Below, in pieces: positions 42,540 to 51,481 of a DNA stretch of 56,019 nucleotides. The position numbers and the translations under genes are program-made. This DNA is from a virus (Duplodnaviria > Caudoviricetes). The stretch spans positions 1 through 56,019 of IMG/VR virus record IMGVR_UViG_3300010354_000112; one strand, 5' to 3'. The first letter of the stretch is position 1, and the number at the start of each line of letters is the position of its first letter. The notes beneath the pieces are model-generated. The model was not told where the DNA came from. It saw only the letters and a list, made by a program, of their open reading frames with translations, and searched no databases.

Positions 42540-43331
42540 ATGAAATTGATTACACCAGATTCACTAAAAGATTTTCAAACATGTTCGTTACTTTATCAGT
42601 ATAGGCATATAGATAAATTGCCAGAAACTATAGGCGGTAGAGATTTACTAAGTTCTAGGTTTGAAAATACAATTAAAGAAATAATATATTATTTTTTCTA
42701 CAAAAAACAAGGTGGTTTTACTCCTTCTTATGATTCTTTATTGAATAGATGGCAAAAGTTATGGTTTTCTGAAGACGTTTCATCATACGACATAATGACA
42801 GAACAGCACGAAAGCGCGTACGGCAACAACGCTAGCTTAACAACTAAGGCGGCGGCAGCACTGCTATCTTTTTATGAAAATTTTTCTAATCAAGACTATA
42901 TACCAATTGCTATAAACGAAGAATTTATTGTTCCAATAACTCCAAAGGTTAAAATAAAAGATAGATTTGATATTATTTTAGCAAAAGATAAAAAATATTT
43001 TATAATTAAAATTTTATTTAACTATAAAAATAGCCATCAACATATGTATCAACCAAACTTTGCTGCAATACGAGCAGCTTTTTTGTTTAAGCATTCCGAA
43101 AGAATTAATAACGCAAGATTTGGTTATATTGACTTACTGCTTCCAAAGGTCCAATTTACCGAATTTGATACTGGAAAAGAAGATATTGAGTCTCTTAAAT
43201 TTTGGTCTGAAGAACTAATCGATACATCATTTTTTCCCCCAAGAAGAGGATTAACCTGGTACTGCAAAAAATGCCCATTTGATACCCCGTGTTCCAAGTG
43301 GTCAAAGTGGGATAAGGAAAATGAAAGCTAG
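42540..43331 (+). CDS. PD-(D/E)XK / Cas4-like protein, catalytic motif apparently degenerate
   Basis: N-terminal SLKDFQTC and C-terminal CKKCPFDTPC Fe-S cysteines; KDRFDII but no D-Y-K. Confidence 0.7.
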   Translation: MKLITPDSLKDFQTCSLLYQYRHIDKLPETIGGRDLLSSRFENTIKEIIYYFFYKKQGGFTPSYDSLLNRWQKLWFSEDVSSYDIMTEQHESAYGNNASLTTKAAAALLSFYENFSNQDYIPIAINEEFIVPITPKVKIKDRFDIILAKDKKYFIIKILFNYKNSHQHMYQPNFAAIRAAFLFKHSERINNARFGYIDLLLPKVQFTEFDTGKEDIESLKFWSEELIDTSFFPPRRGLTWYCKKCPFDTPCSKWSKWDKENES

Positions 43332-43488
43332 GCTTGGTTTTTTATTTGATAGAGAAGTTTCTTACATGCTTCAAAAAATTAGTTTTTTAGAATCACAACA
43401 ACCGCATGAGTATTTGGTACAATTAATAGAGAATATATATAAAGAAAAATATAATATTACACCATTATGGGATTACGATGATGAATAA
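43321..43488 (+). CDS. Small hypothetical protein (possible ribbon-helix-helix)
   Basis: AAGGA RBS before ATG 43321; fills the gap between flanking genes. Confidence 0.5.
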   Translation: MKARLGFLFDREVSYMLQKISFLESQQPHEYLVQLIENIYKEKYNITPLWDYDDE

Positions 43489-44131
43489 AAAATCTATACT
43501 AGACGCTTTACTAAATGACGATGATCAGTTTAAACCAAATGAAGAAGAAAATACCGTATTGGCTCCATTGATATCAGAAATTAATTTGATAAGTAGTTCA
43601 CAAATTAAATCTTTTGTAAGATCAGTGCTACTGCAGTCAAAACTATTTTGGGTAATTCCTTCTAGTTTTTCTGGAAAACATCATCCAAAAGATGAACATC
43701 AAAGAGGTGGAAATGTTCTTCATACTAAAAGGGTAGTAAAAGTTGCAAGCATTCTTTCAGAATCTTATTCTTTGTCTCAACCAGAAAAAGATTTAATTAT
43801 TGCAGCATGTATTTTGCATGATGTTACCAAGGGTATTTCTCCTTCCGACAGTGAAGAAGAGGCATTTTATGACCCCATGCATCCATATACAGTTGGCGCA
43901 TTTGTGCAGAAATGTCAAGACAACGATAGAAAATATAGTTCCGAGTCAAGTTCTTCTACCTTATTTTTAGATGAAGAAACAGTTCAGTCCATACTAAGAC
44001 TAGTCAGATGCCACTTAGGTCCGTGGTCTCCAGTGCCAGAAACATATCCAACAACATATCTAGATATGATCGTGCACATTTCTGATAACATAGCATCAAA
44101 ACTTCATACGATTGTTGATATAAATGAATAG
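43478..44131 (+). CDS. HD-domain phosphohydrolase
   Basis: PSSFSGKHH...GGNVLHTKRV...ACILHDVTK...HLG...HISD. Confidence 0.85.
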   Translation: MMNKKSILDALLNDDDQFKPNEEENTVLAPLISEINLISSSQIKSFVRSVLLQSKLFWVIPSSFSGKHHPKDEHQRGGNVLHTKRVVKVASILSESYSLSQPEKDLIIAACILHDVTKGISPSDSEEEAFYDPMHPYTVGAFVQKCQDNDRKYSSESSSSTLFLDEETVQSILRLVRCHLGPWSPVPETYPTTYLDMIVHISDNIASKLHTIVDINE

Positions 44132-44297
44132 TTTAGAAAAAGATAAAATAAGAATAAGAGCTTATATAAATGATATTTTAGATTCTCTTATAGAAGAGTC
44201 TATTTATTATAGAACCAATAATCTATATTTTGATCAAGAAAAAAGATTAACCGCTTGGCAGTTTGATGAAGAAAATGGTAAAATTACCATACCATGA
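44124..44297 (+). CDS. Small hypothetical protein (57 aa; not in the ORF track)
   Basis: MNSLEKDKIRIRAY...GKITIP; ATGA coupling to the primase. Confidence 0.6.
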   Translation: MNSLEKDKIRIRAYINDILDSLIEESIYYRTNNLYFDQEKRLTAWQFDEENGKITIP

Positions 44298-45496
44298 GAC
44301 TTCCGGAAGAAGATAACAAATTTATTTCTCAATGGAAATTTGTAGAAGTAGCAAGATATGTTGGTTCTCTAGATAGAGTCATTAGAGATAAAGTGGGAGA
44401 CGATCCTCTTTTCTATGATTATTCAAATATAGACGAATATAGGGGTAAACACAACAATACAGGCTTGTACACTTCGATATGGCACTATAACACTACTGAT
44501 TTATCCAAAGCAATTAGGCTTGGTTCTCTATACTTTGATATAGACAATGAAGATATAGCAGTTTCGTATAGCGAAACAATAAGTTTGTATAATTATTTAT
44601 CAAAATTTATTCCAGAAAAATCTATTGTTGTATATTTTACTGGAAAAAAGGGTTTCCACATAGAGTGTGAAGCTATAGCTCTTGGTATTAATCCAACTAA
44701 TGAGTTACCAAAAATATTTAGATATATTGCGACTTCTATTAAAAATCTTTTAGATTTAAAGTCTCTTGATTTTAGCGTATATGATATGAGAAGAATGTGG
44801 AGACTACCTGGCTCAAAGCATCAGAGTACTGGACTTTATAAAACTTTATTAAGTAAAGAAATACTTTTCACAAATATAGAAAACATACTTTCTTTTTGTT
44901 CGCAGAGGCACGATTGCGATGTTTTAGAGCAAGATTTTAATTATACTGCAAATGAGTGGTATAGAAAATTCATATATGATATGGAAGAAGAAAACTCTAA
45001 ACCAAAAGATGTACTTGACGCGTTTAATAAATATGGATCTTCTAAGTTTAAATCATTTGACAGTAAAGAAAAAGTTTTTCAAAAAGAAGTCTTATGGACA
45101 AAATGTCCATCGGTAAAAAGGTTAGACGACCAAGCTAAAGACACTGGTTTTCTAGAACATGAAGCAAGACTGTTTTTGTGTTCTATCCTAACTTATAACG
45201 AAGATTCAATAAATTATTTACATAAAATACTAAGTCAATGTAATGATTATAATCCAGGTAAATCTCAAGCACACATAAATGATTGGATAAAAAGAAGGGA
45301 AATGGGCATAGGGGGAAGACCTTATACCTGCGAAAGGGCAAATGCTGTTGGCGTCGGATGCGGAACATGTGCTTTAGAAAAGAAAAATAAATGGATAAAA
45401 ATTGGAGATAGGTTTGTAGAAACAACAGAAAAGTCTTCACCATCTCCAGTTAGGTTTGCCTACTCAACCATAAAAAAGGAAAATAAAGATGGATAA
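44294..45496 (+). CDS. Archaeo-eukaryotic primase (AEP) with a C-terminal PriL-like Cys-rich domain
   Basis: LYFDID, FTGKKGFHI, DFSVYDMRRMWRLPGSKH; CPSV...HEARLFL...PYTC...CGTC. Confidence 0.85.
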   Translation: MRLPEEDNKFISQWKFVEVARYVGSLDRVIRDKVGDDPLFYDYSNIDEYRGKHNNTGLYTSIWHYNTTDLSKAIRLGSLYFDIDNEDIAVSYSETISLYNYLSKFIPEKSIVVYFTGKKGFHIECEAIALGINPTNELPKIFRYIATSIKNLLDLKSLDFSVYDMRRMWRLPGSKHQSTGLYKTLLSKEILFTNIENILSFCSQRHDCDVLEQDFNYTANEWYRKFIYDMEEENSKPKDVLDAFNKYGSSKFKSFDSKEKVFQKEVLWTKCPSVKRLDDQAKDTGFLEHEARLFLCSILTYNEDSINYLHKILSQCNDYNPGKSQAHINDWIKRREMGIGGRPYTCERANAVGVGCGTCALEKKNKWIKIGDRFVETTEKSSPSPVRFAYSTIKKENKDG

Positions 45497-45686
45497 CAAT
45501 GATGTAATAGGTCTTTGTTCAGATTGCGGAACTGAACAAACGGATAGGTCAATGTTCAATAGTCCATTTGCTCAAGCTGGAGTTGCGCCAGTCTGCAGGT
45601 ACTGTAGGGGTGTTGTGATAGTCTGCTATAAAAGAGATCGAGAAAGAGTGCTTGACGATATTAATAGAAAGAGAAATCTTAAGTGA
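45489..45686 (+). CDS. Small zinc-ribbon protein
   Basis: CSDC...CRYC. Confidence 0.65.
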   Translation: MDNNDVIGLCSDCGTEQTDRSMFNSPFAQAGVAPVCRYCRGVVIVCYKRDRERVLDDINRKRNLK

Positions 45687-48600
45687 AAAACTGGACCAAT
45701 CTACATAATCATACCGTCTTTTCAATGCTAGACGGTCATGGTGGCGTTGATGAATATCTGGAAAGAGCAAAATCACTTGGGATGATGGGTCTTGCAACAA
45801 CAGATCACGGTAACATCCATTCGTGGTTGGACTTTTATGATGCCGCTAAATCGGTTGGGGTTAAGCCAATTCTAGGATCTGAATTTTATCAGGCTAGAAA
45901 AACTAGATTTGATAGAGACGAAGAAGAAAGATCTGGTCCAGCAAAAAATGAGTGGGAACAAAGAGGACCATATCATATAACTATACTAGCAAAAAATAAT
46001 GTAGGTTATCACAATATTATAAAAATGTCTTCTAGAGCTTTTTTAGATGGATATTATGTAAAGCCAAGAGTTGATCATGATCTAATATCAGAGCACAGTG
46101 ATGGAATTATAGTCCTATCCGGATGTTTGAACGGCGAGGTAGCGCAAGCGCTATTGAGAAAAGATTTTGATACAGCACTAAAGCATGCTGCTAGAATGCA
46201 GGAAATTGTTGGTAAAGAAAATTACTTTATAGAAATACAAGACCACGGATTAACTGAGCAAAGAGCAATTTCAAATCAGTTAGTAGAAATAGCAAAAAAA
46301 ATCAACGCAAAGATCGTACCAACAGGAGACTGTCACTACGTTCATCAACACGATTCTAGGGCACATGACGTAATGTTGTGTGTGGCAACAAACAGTACTA
46401 TTCACACTCCTGACAGATTTTCTTTTTCTGGAGATAAATTTTACCTTCAGTCTTACGAAGATATGTCTAAGACATTTTCTGAAGACTGGTTAAAAAATAC
46501 CATGCATGTTAACGACATGGTTGACATTAATCTTAATTTTGGTGAGATACATTTTCCTAATTTTCCAATACCAACAAAAGAAAATTCAATTGAATACTTT
46601 GAAAGACTTGCATGGGATGGTTTAAAAAATAGATATGGAGACCCGCTTCCTCAGCACATAATAGATAGAGCAAATCATGAAATAAAAGTAGTAAAAGAAA
46701 TGGGTTTCCCAGAATACTTCTTAGTTGTTTCGGATCTTGTTCGTTGGGCGAAGTCTAATGATATTAGAGTTGGGTGGGGAAGAGGTTCTGCGGCAGGAAG
46801 TATTTTGTCTTACGCTTTTGATATTACAAATTTAGATCCACTTAAGTTTGGTTTAATGTTTGAAAGATTTTTGGTCGAGGGAAGAAAATCAATGCCAGAC
46901 ATTGATCTAGACTTTGACGATAGGCACAGAGATAAGGTTATTGATTACGCAAGAAGTAAATATGGTGATGATAAAGTAGCACATATTTGCACTTTCAATA
47001 GAACAGGAGCAAGACAGTCTATTCGTGATGCCGCAAGAGCTTTAGGTTATGATTTTTCTGCCGGAGATAAAGTTGCAAAATTAATACCACCACCAGTTCT
47101 TGGTGTATCAAAATCTCTCAAAGAATGTATGGACGTTCTAGAGTTTAAAAATTTATATACAAATGACGCTCAGTCTAAAGAAATAATAGATACAGCTTTT
47201 GGTTTAGAAAACTTAGTTAGACAAACAGGCATACATGCAGCTGGCGTTGTTATTTCTAAAAATGCCTTAGTCGAATATCTGCCCATAATGCAAAAGGGAG
47301 TAGATAAACCAGTAGTTACGCAATGGGATATGGGAAGAGTTGAGCAGTGTGGTCTATTAAAAATAGATTTTCTTGGTCTTAGAAATCTTGGCGTAATAGA
47401 TACTTGTATTAAATTAGTCAAACAAAAAAGAGATCTAATTATCGACGTAAATAAAATACCATTAGATGATAAAAAGACCTTCGAACTACTCTGTCAGGGT
47501 AAGGCAATGGGTGTTTTCCAGCTTGAGTCAGCTGGAATGAGGGAACTAATGCTGCAAATGCAGCCTCAAAATATAGAAGATATAATGGCTCTTATTTCTT
47601 TGTATAGACCTGGTCCAATGGGTTCTGGAATGGATAAGGAGTATATCAACAGAAAACATGGACGCAGCAAGGTGTCCTATGAGCATCCAAAGTTAGAAAA
47701 AGTTCTTGGTCCATCTTTAGGGATCATGTTATACCAAGAAGATGTTTTGGGCGTAGCTAGAGAATTGGCTGGGTTTAGTTCGGCTGAAGCTGATGACTTA
47801 AGAAAAGTTATTGGTAAAAAGTTAATGGATAAAATTGCTCTTATAAGAAAAAAATTTGTTAAAGGTTGTGTTGAAAATTCTAATCTAGAAGAAGATAAAG
47901 CTAATAAAATATATTCAGATATTGAGTATTTCGGTGGGTATGGATTTAACAGAGCTCACGCAGCAAGTTATGCGATGGTTTCTTATATAACAGCATACCT
48001 AAAGGCTCATTATACAGCTGAATATATGGCGGCCTTGATGTCATCTGTTGTCGGTAATAAAGATAAGTTAGCCGCATATCTTTCTGACTGTAGAAAGTTA
48101 AACATAATGGTGTCACCTCCATCTATTAATAAATCTGGAAAAGATTTTAACGTAGTTTCTTCAGAAGAAATTATATTTGGTTTGTCCGCAATAGATGGAA
48201 TTGGTGAATCTATAGCAGAAAACATTATTAATAATAGAGACGTAAAAAATCCATACACAAACATATATGATTTCTTTAGAAGATGTGATTCTTCTACTTT
48301 AAAAAAATCAACTATAGAACACCTAGCTTACGCTGGAGCACTGGATGAATTATTTGATGATAGAGATTTAGAAATAGATCTTTCTAGAAAAAAAGAATTA
48401 GAACTCTTAGAAAAAGAAAAAGCTCAATTAGGAATATATGTAACTAAGCATCCCATAGAGGGATTGTGGACCACAATAGCTCCAATGGTTACTGGTGAAA
48501 TAGTAGACGTTATAGAAATGTCAAACGGAGCAAGCATAAAGGTTGGTGGAGTTTTATCATCTGTTAAAAAAATGATAACCAAAAAAGGTCAGAAAATGTT

Positions 48601-49012
48601 TAGGCTTGGTGTTGAAGATCTTTCTGGCGAAATTGAAGTAGTAATTTTTCCCAAAGAAGCAAAGAATATTTCAGATGATTTTTTTGTTGAAGGAGACGTT
48701 GTAGTTATTGCAGGTTCTATAAATAAAGAAAATGAAGAAGAAAATTCTATAATTAAAATATTTTATAATAGCTGTGAAAAAATAGATACATCAAGAGCAA
48801 TTGGTAGTAAGTCAATTATCTTATCTTTAGATAGAAGTCCTGATCTTGATTTAGTTCAAGGGATCTGTGATATAATTGAAAATGTTAATGGACCTTCTTT
48901 TGTCTATTTAGATTATGTAGAAAATAATAAAAAAATTACCTTTAAGTTTAAGAAAACAACCTCTTTAAGAATAGAAGAAAAACTTAGAGAGTACATCAAG
49001 ATAGGAAACTAA
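45683..49012 (+). CDS. dnaE: DNA polymerase III alpha subunit
   Basis: PHP domain (HNHTVFSMLDG, TDHGN), GRGSAAGS, MPDIDLDF, KIDFLGL, GFNRAHAASY, C-terminal OB fold. Confidence 0.97.
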   Translation: MKNWTNLHNHTVFSMLDGHGGVDEYLERAKSLGMMGLATTDHGNIHSWLDFYDAAKSVGVKPILGSEFYQARKTRFDRDEEERSGPAKNEWEQRGPYHITILAKNNVGYHNIIKMSSRAFLDGYYVKPRVDHDLISEHSDGIIVLSGCLNGEVAQALLRKDFDTALKHAARMQEIVGKENYFIEIQDHGLTEQRAISNQLVEIAKKINAKIVPTGDCHYVHQHDSRAHDVMLCVATNSTIHTPDRFSFSGDKFYLQSYEDMSKTFSEDWLKNTMHVNDMVDINLNFGEIHFPNFPIPTKENSIEYFERLAWDGLKNRYGDPLPQHIIDRANHEIKVVKEMGFPEYFLVVSDLVRWAKSNDIRVGWGRGSAAGSILSYAFDITNLDPLKFGLMFERFLVEGRKSMPDIDLDFDDRHRDKVIDYARSKYGDDKVAHICTFNRTGARQSIRDAARALGYDFSAGDKVAKLIPPPVLGVSKSLKECMDVLEFKNLYTNDAQSKEIIDTAFGLENLVRQTGIHAAGVVISKNALVEYLPIMQKGVDKPVVTQWDMGRVEQCGLLKIDFLGLRNLGVIDTCIKLVKQKRDLIIDVNKIPLDDKKTFELLCQGKAMGVFQLESAGMRELMLQMQPQNIEDIMALISLYRPGPMGSGMDKEYINRKHGRSKVSYEHPKLEKVLGPSLGIMLYQEDVLGVARELAGFSSAEADDLRKVIGKKLMDKIALIRKKFVKGCVENSNLEEDKANKIYSDIEYFGGYGFNRAHAASYAMVSYITAYLKAHYTAEYMAALMSSVVGNKDKLAAYLSDCRKLNIMVSPPSINKSGKDFNVVSSEEIIFGLSAIDGIGESIAENIINNRDVKNPYTNIYDFFRRCDSSTLKKSTIEHLAYAGALDELFDDRDLEIDLSRKKELELLEKEKAQLGIYVTKHPIEGLWTTIAPMVTGEIVDVIEMSNGASIKVGGVLSSVKKMITKKGQKMFRLGVEDLSGEIEVVIFPKEAKNISDDFFVEGDVVVIAGSINKENEEENSIIKIFYNSCEKIDTSRAIGSKSIILSLDRSPDLDLVQGICDIIENVNGPSFVYLDYVENNKKITFKFKKTTSLRIEEKLREYIKIGN
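48868..48876 (+). promoter_or_regulatory. Possible internal extended -10 promoter (TGaTATAAT) for downstream genes
   Basis: Consensus TGnTATAAT in the 3' end of dnaE, about 140 nt before ORF 49014. Confidence 0.35.
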
Positions 49013-49013
49013 C

Positions 49014-49382
49014 ATGACATTACCAGGAACCTATACTAACCCATCTACTAAACCTTGTTGGAGCTTTTGCAGCTCATGCAATAGATGTGGTGATAAAGGA
49101 AGATTTACCAAATGCAATTCGTGCAGCGGTAGATTTGATCCCCTTGGAAAAATAGATGTAGATCCAGATGATTTCTGCGACTGCAAAAATGGTGTATTAA
49201 GATGGAGAACAAAACAAGGTCGATTAATTATAACCAAGTTTAAAACTAATCCTTTTAAAGGTGAAGTTAGATATGAAAAAAAATCAGAAGACGAAAGAGA
49301 CTGGGACGCATATGTCAACGACATGCGCGAAAAAATGGACGATCCCAACTTTAATCCAATAACAATATACGAAGAGGACTAA
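49014..49382 (+). CDS. Cys-rich hypothetical protein (putative Zn-binding)
   Basis: CWSFCSSCNRC...CNSC...CDC. Confidence 0.65.
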   Translation: MTLPGTYTNPSTKPCWSFCSSCNRCGDKGRFTKCNSCSGRFDPLGKIDVDPDDFCDCKNGVLRWRTKQGRLIITKFKTNPFKGEVRYEKKSEDERDWDAYVNDMREKMDDPNFNPITIYEED

Positions 49383-49383
49383 A

Positions 49384-49611
49384 ATGCTTAAACACGAAGT
49401 TGGGAGAATGTTGCTTAATAACTTAACCCTAATAGAATATAATACGATGGAACCAACTTATTTTATTCAATCAGGAGTCGCTGGTTTCAATGCAACAGCA
49501 GAAGAGTTGTCAGATTTATACAGTTTATTAAGTTACTATTTTAACATAGAAGGTATAAATAATACTGTTATATCTTTAACTGAAGGAGGAAATGATGTCG
49601 TGGCCATATAA
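49384..49611 (+). CDS. Hypothetical protein
   Basis: GAGGA RBS; 75 aa. Confidence 0.6.
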   Translation: MLKHEVGRMLLNNLTLIEYNTMEPTYFIQSGVAGFNATAEELSDLYSLLSYYFNIEGINNTVISLTEGGNDVVAI

Positions 49612-49780
49612 TGAATACGATGAAATGGAATTGGGAACATATGGTTGGTCACCACTTGGGGAAGGCAAGTATAAGAACATACATACAGGAAATGTTATTG
49701 ATGAATTTGGTAACGAATACGATCCGGATGGAAACTTAATATTTGAAAATACTAATCCATATGGAGACCAAGACTACTGA
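49592..49780 (+). CDS. Hypothetical acidic protein
   Basis: AGGAGG RBS; 62 aa. Confidence 0.6.
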   Translation: MMSWPYNEYDEMELGTYGWSPLGEGKYKNIHTGNVIDEFGNEYDPDGNLIFENTNPYGDQDY

Positions 49781-50580
49781 TGAGTATTCAAATAAAAAAA
49801 TTAGAAGACTTAAATGATTTAGAAAAAATTTCTTTAACAGATTTTTCTTACTCTAGAATAGACACATATAAAACTTGTCCATCTAAATATTTTTTTTCCT
49901 ACATTCAAAAAGAGCCAAGAATATTTGGTGAGGCAGCAACGCTTGGGAATATAGTTCATTCAGTTTTAGAAGAACATGTAAGCGCAGAAAAGCTATTAGA
50001 TCAAAAAGAAATGCATCAGTCATATTCTTTAAATCTATCCTCTTATGATCCAGAAGGAAAAATAAACGAAGATCTAGTTGCCGTAGGCAAAGAAATTATT
50101 AACGAGTTTTATGATGAATACGCAGAAACTAAATTCGATGTTTTAGAAAAAGAGCTTGGTTTTAAATTTGTTATAGGCAGTTATCTTATAACTGGTTATA
50201 TAGATAGAGTTGATTCTATTGATGAAAATACATTAAAAATTATTGATTATAAAACTGGTAAATGGGAAGTATCCGCAAAAGACGTTCCTAATAATTTACA
50301 GCTCGGAATATATGCAGTAGCAGTCGATAATCTCTATCCGCAAAAAGACGTTTATGCGGAGTTGTATTATTTAAGATCCGGTAGAAGAAAAGGCCATTTC
50401 TTTACAAAAGAAGATATAGAAAATATTAAAACAAATCTGGTTTCAATACTTGAAACTATATTGTCTGACACAGCTTTCTTGCCAACTAAAAACGAAAGAG
50501 CCTGTACTTATTGTGATTTCGCTAAGTCAGGAGCTTGTAATACAGGTGTCTTTAGATTAAAGAAGTTTGCTAAAGCATAA
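49780..50580 (+). CDS. RecB-family / Cas4-like PD-(D/E)XK exonuclease
   Basis: SYSRIDTYKTCP, GNIVHSVLE, GYIDRVD, IIDYKTG, QLGIYA, CTYCDFAKSGAC. Confidence 0.9.
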   Translation: MSIQIKKLEDLNDLEKISLTDFSYSRIDTYKTCPSKYFFSYIQKEPRIFGEAATLGNIVHSVLEEHVSAEKLLDQKEMHQSYSLNLSSYDPEGKINEDLVAVGKEIINEFYDEYAETKFDVLEKELGFKFVIGSYLITGYIDRVDSIDENTLKIIDYKTGKWEVSAKDVPNNLQLGIYAVAVDNLYPQKDVYAELYYLRSGRRKGHFFTKEDIENIKTNLVSILETILSDTAFLPTKNERACTYCDFAKSGACNTGVFRLKKFAKA

Positions 50581-50615
50581 AAAAAGAGGGACCAGATTTC
50601 TCTGGCCCCTCTTTT
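50581..50615. terminator. Bidirectional intrinsic terminator between convergent genes
   Basis: AAAAGAGGGACCAGA-TTTC-TCTGGCCCCTCTTTT with A/T tracts on both sides. Confidence 0.8.
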
Positions 50616-50627
50616 AAAGAGAGTTAA

Positions 50628-50804
50628 TTAAAAATTAACTACAGGATTCTGTGCAGCATCCTCGATGATATCGAAGTCGCTGAACTCAGAAACAACCTTG
50701 GTTGCTTCCTCTCGGGAATAGCCGAGCTTGGAGAGGTCCGTAATAACGTCCTCGTTAATTTCAATTAACATGCTGTCAATGATTGAGTTTAGTGTATTGT
50801 TCAT
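50628..50804 (-). CDS. Small acidic protein (58 aa) with a RuvA-C-terminal/UBA-like helix motif; the only credible minus-strand gene
   Basis: MNNTLNSIIDSMLIEINEDVITDLSKLGYSREEATKVVSEFSDFDIIEDAAQNPVVNF; own promoter and terminator; C/G-ending codons. Confidence 0.75.
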   Translation of the reverse strand: MNNTLNSIIDSMLIEINEDVITDLSKLGYSREEATKVVSEFSDFDIIEDAAQNPVVNF

Positions 50805-50810
50805 GGATTA

Positions 50811-50839
50811 ATTGTACTCCGTTTTCTTTGTCTAAGCAA
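50811..50839 (-). promoter_or_regulatory. Sigma70-type promoter TTGCTT-N17-TACAAT, probably leaderless
   Basis: -35 at 50839-50834, -10 at 50816-50811, ATG 6 nt after the -10. Confidence 0.65.
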
Positions 50840-50922
50840 CCCGTACGGGCTGTTTTTTGTTTTTTTATGTTTTATAAATTATAATGGAGTAGATTAGATT
50901 AGGTTAGGATGTATATCATATC

Positions 50923-51481
50923 ATGGCAACTATCAAAAATGTCGATCCAGAGAAATATTTTTTGGAAATTTCTCCATTAAAAAAACACCCTAATTTTGAA
51001 GAATTAAGAAATATAGGGCCAGCTTATAATTTAGCTGATATAAAAAAAGCAAAAAGAGGAAACGCTTATCAACATACAAAAACTGGTTATAGAGAAGATC
51101 TAGGATTAGTATTGAGATCTAACTGGGAAGCAAACTTTGCGCGAATATTAAACGCTTATAAGATTAAATGGGAATTTGAACCAACTGTTTTTGCTTTTCC
51201 AATTAAAAGGCGGAACAAAAGGTTATACTCCAGATTTTTATATACCATTAAATTCAAGTTGGGTTGAAATAAAGGGTTACCTTGACGCAAAAAGTATGAC
51301 AAAAATAAGAAGGTTTAAGAGATATTATGAATCTGAATTTGATAAATTGACTTTTATTATAAGTAAATATTCTTCTGAAGGAAAAGATTTTGCCTTAGAT
51401 GTTGGCATAGAATCTGTTATCTTTTATGAAGATATTAGATCGTCTTATTCTCATAAGCTATCAATATGGGAAGGTAAATAA
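50923..51481 (+). CDS. PD-(D/E)XK endonuclease (DUF1064/TnsA-N-like), about 185 aa with a +1 shift at CGG 51211
   Basis: RSNWEANFARIL...WEFEP...FPIKR-GTKGYTPDFY...WVEIKG; the catalytic PD...E-x-K lies after the shift. Confidence 0.8.
51211..51214 (+). other. Putative +1 recoding site CGGA (site 4)
   Basis: att aaa agg CGG aac versus att aaa agg (c)gga aca aaa ggt tat act cca gat (IKR-GTKGYTPD). Confidence 0.7.

Noticed and set aside
32308-49012. Inteins or introns in nrdJ, dnaB or dnaE
   Set aside because: Protein lengths are typical and no splice-junction or LAGLIDADG motifs were seen.
49780-50580. Cas4-like genes as evidence of a CRISPR system
   Set aside because: Stand-alone Cas4/RecB-like nucleases are common in phage replication modules; no cas1/cas2 or array is present.
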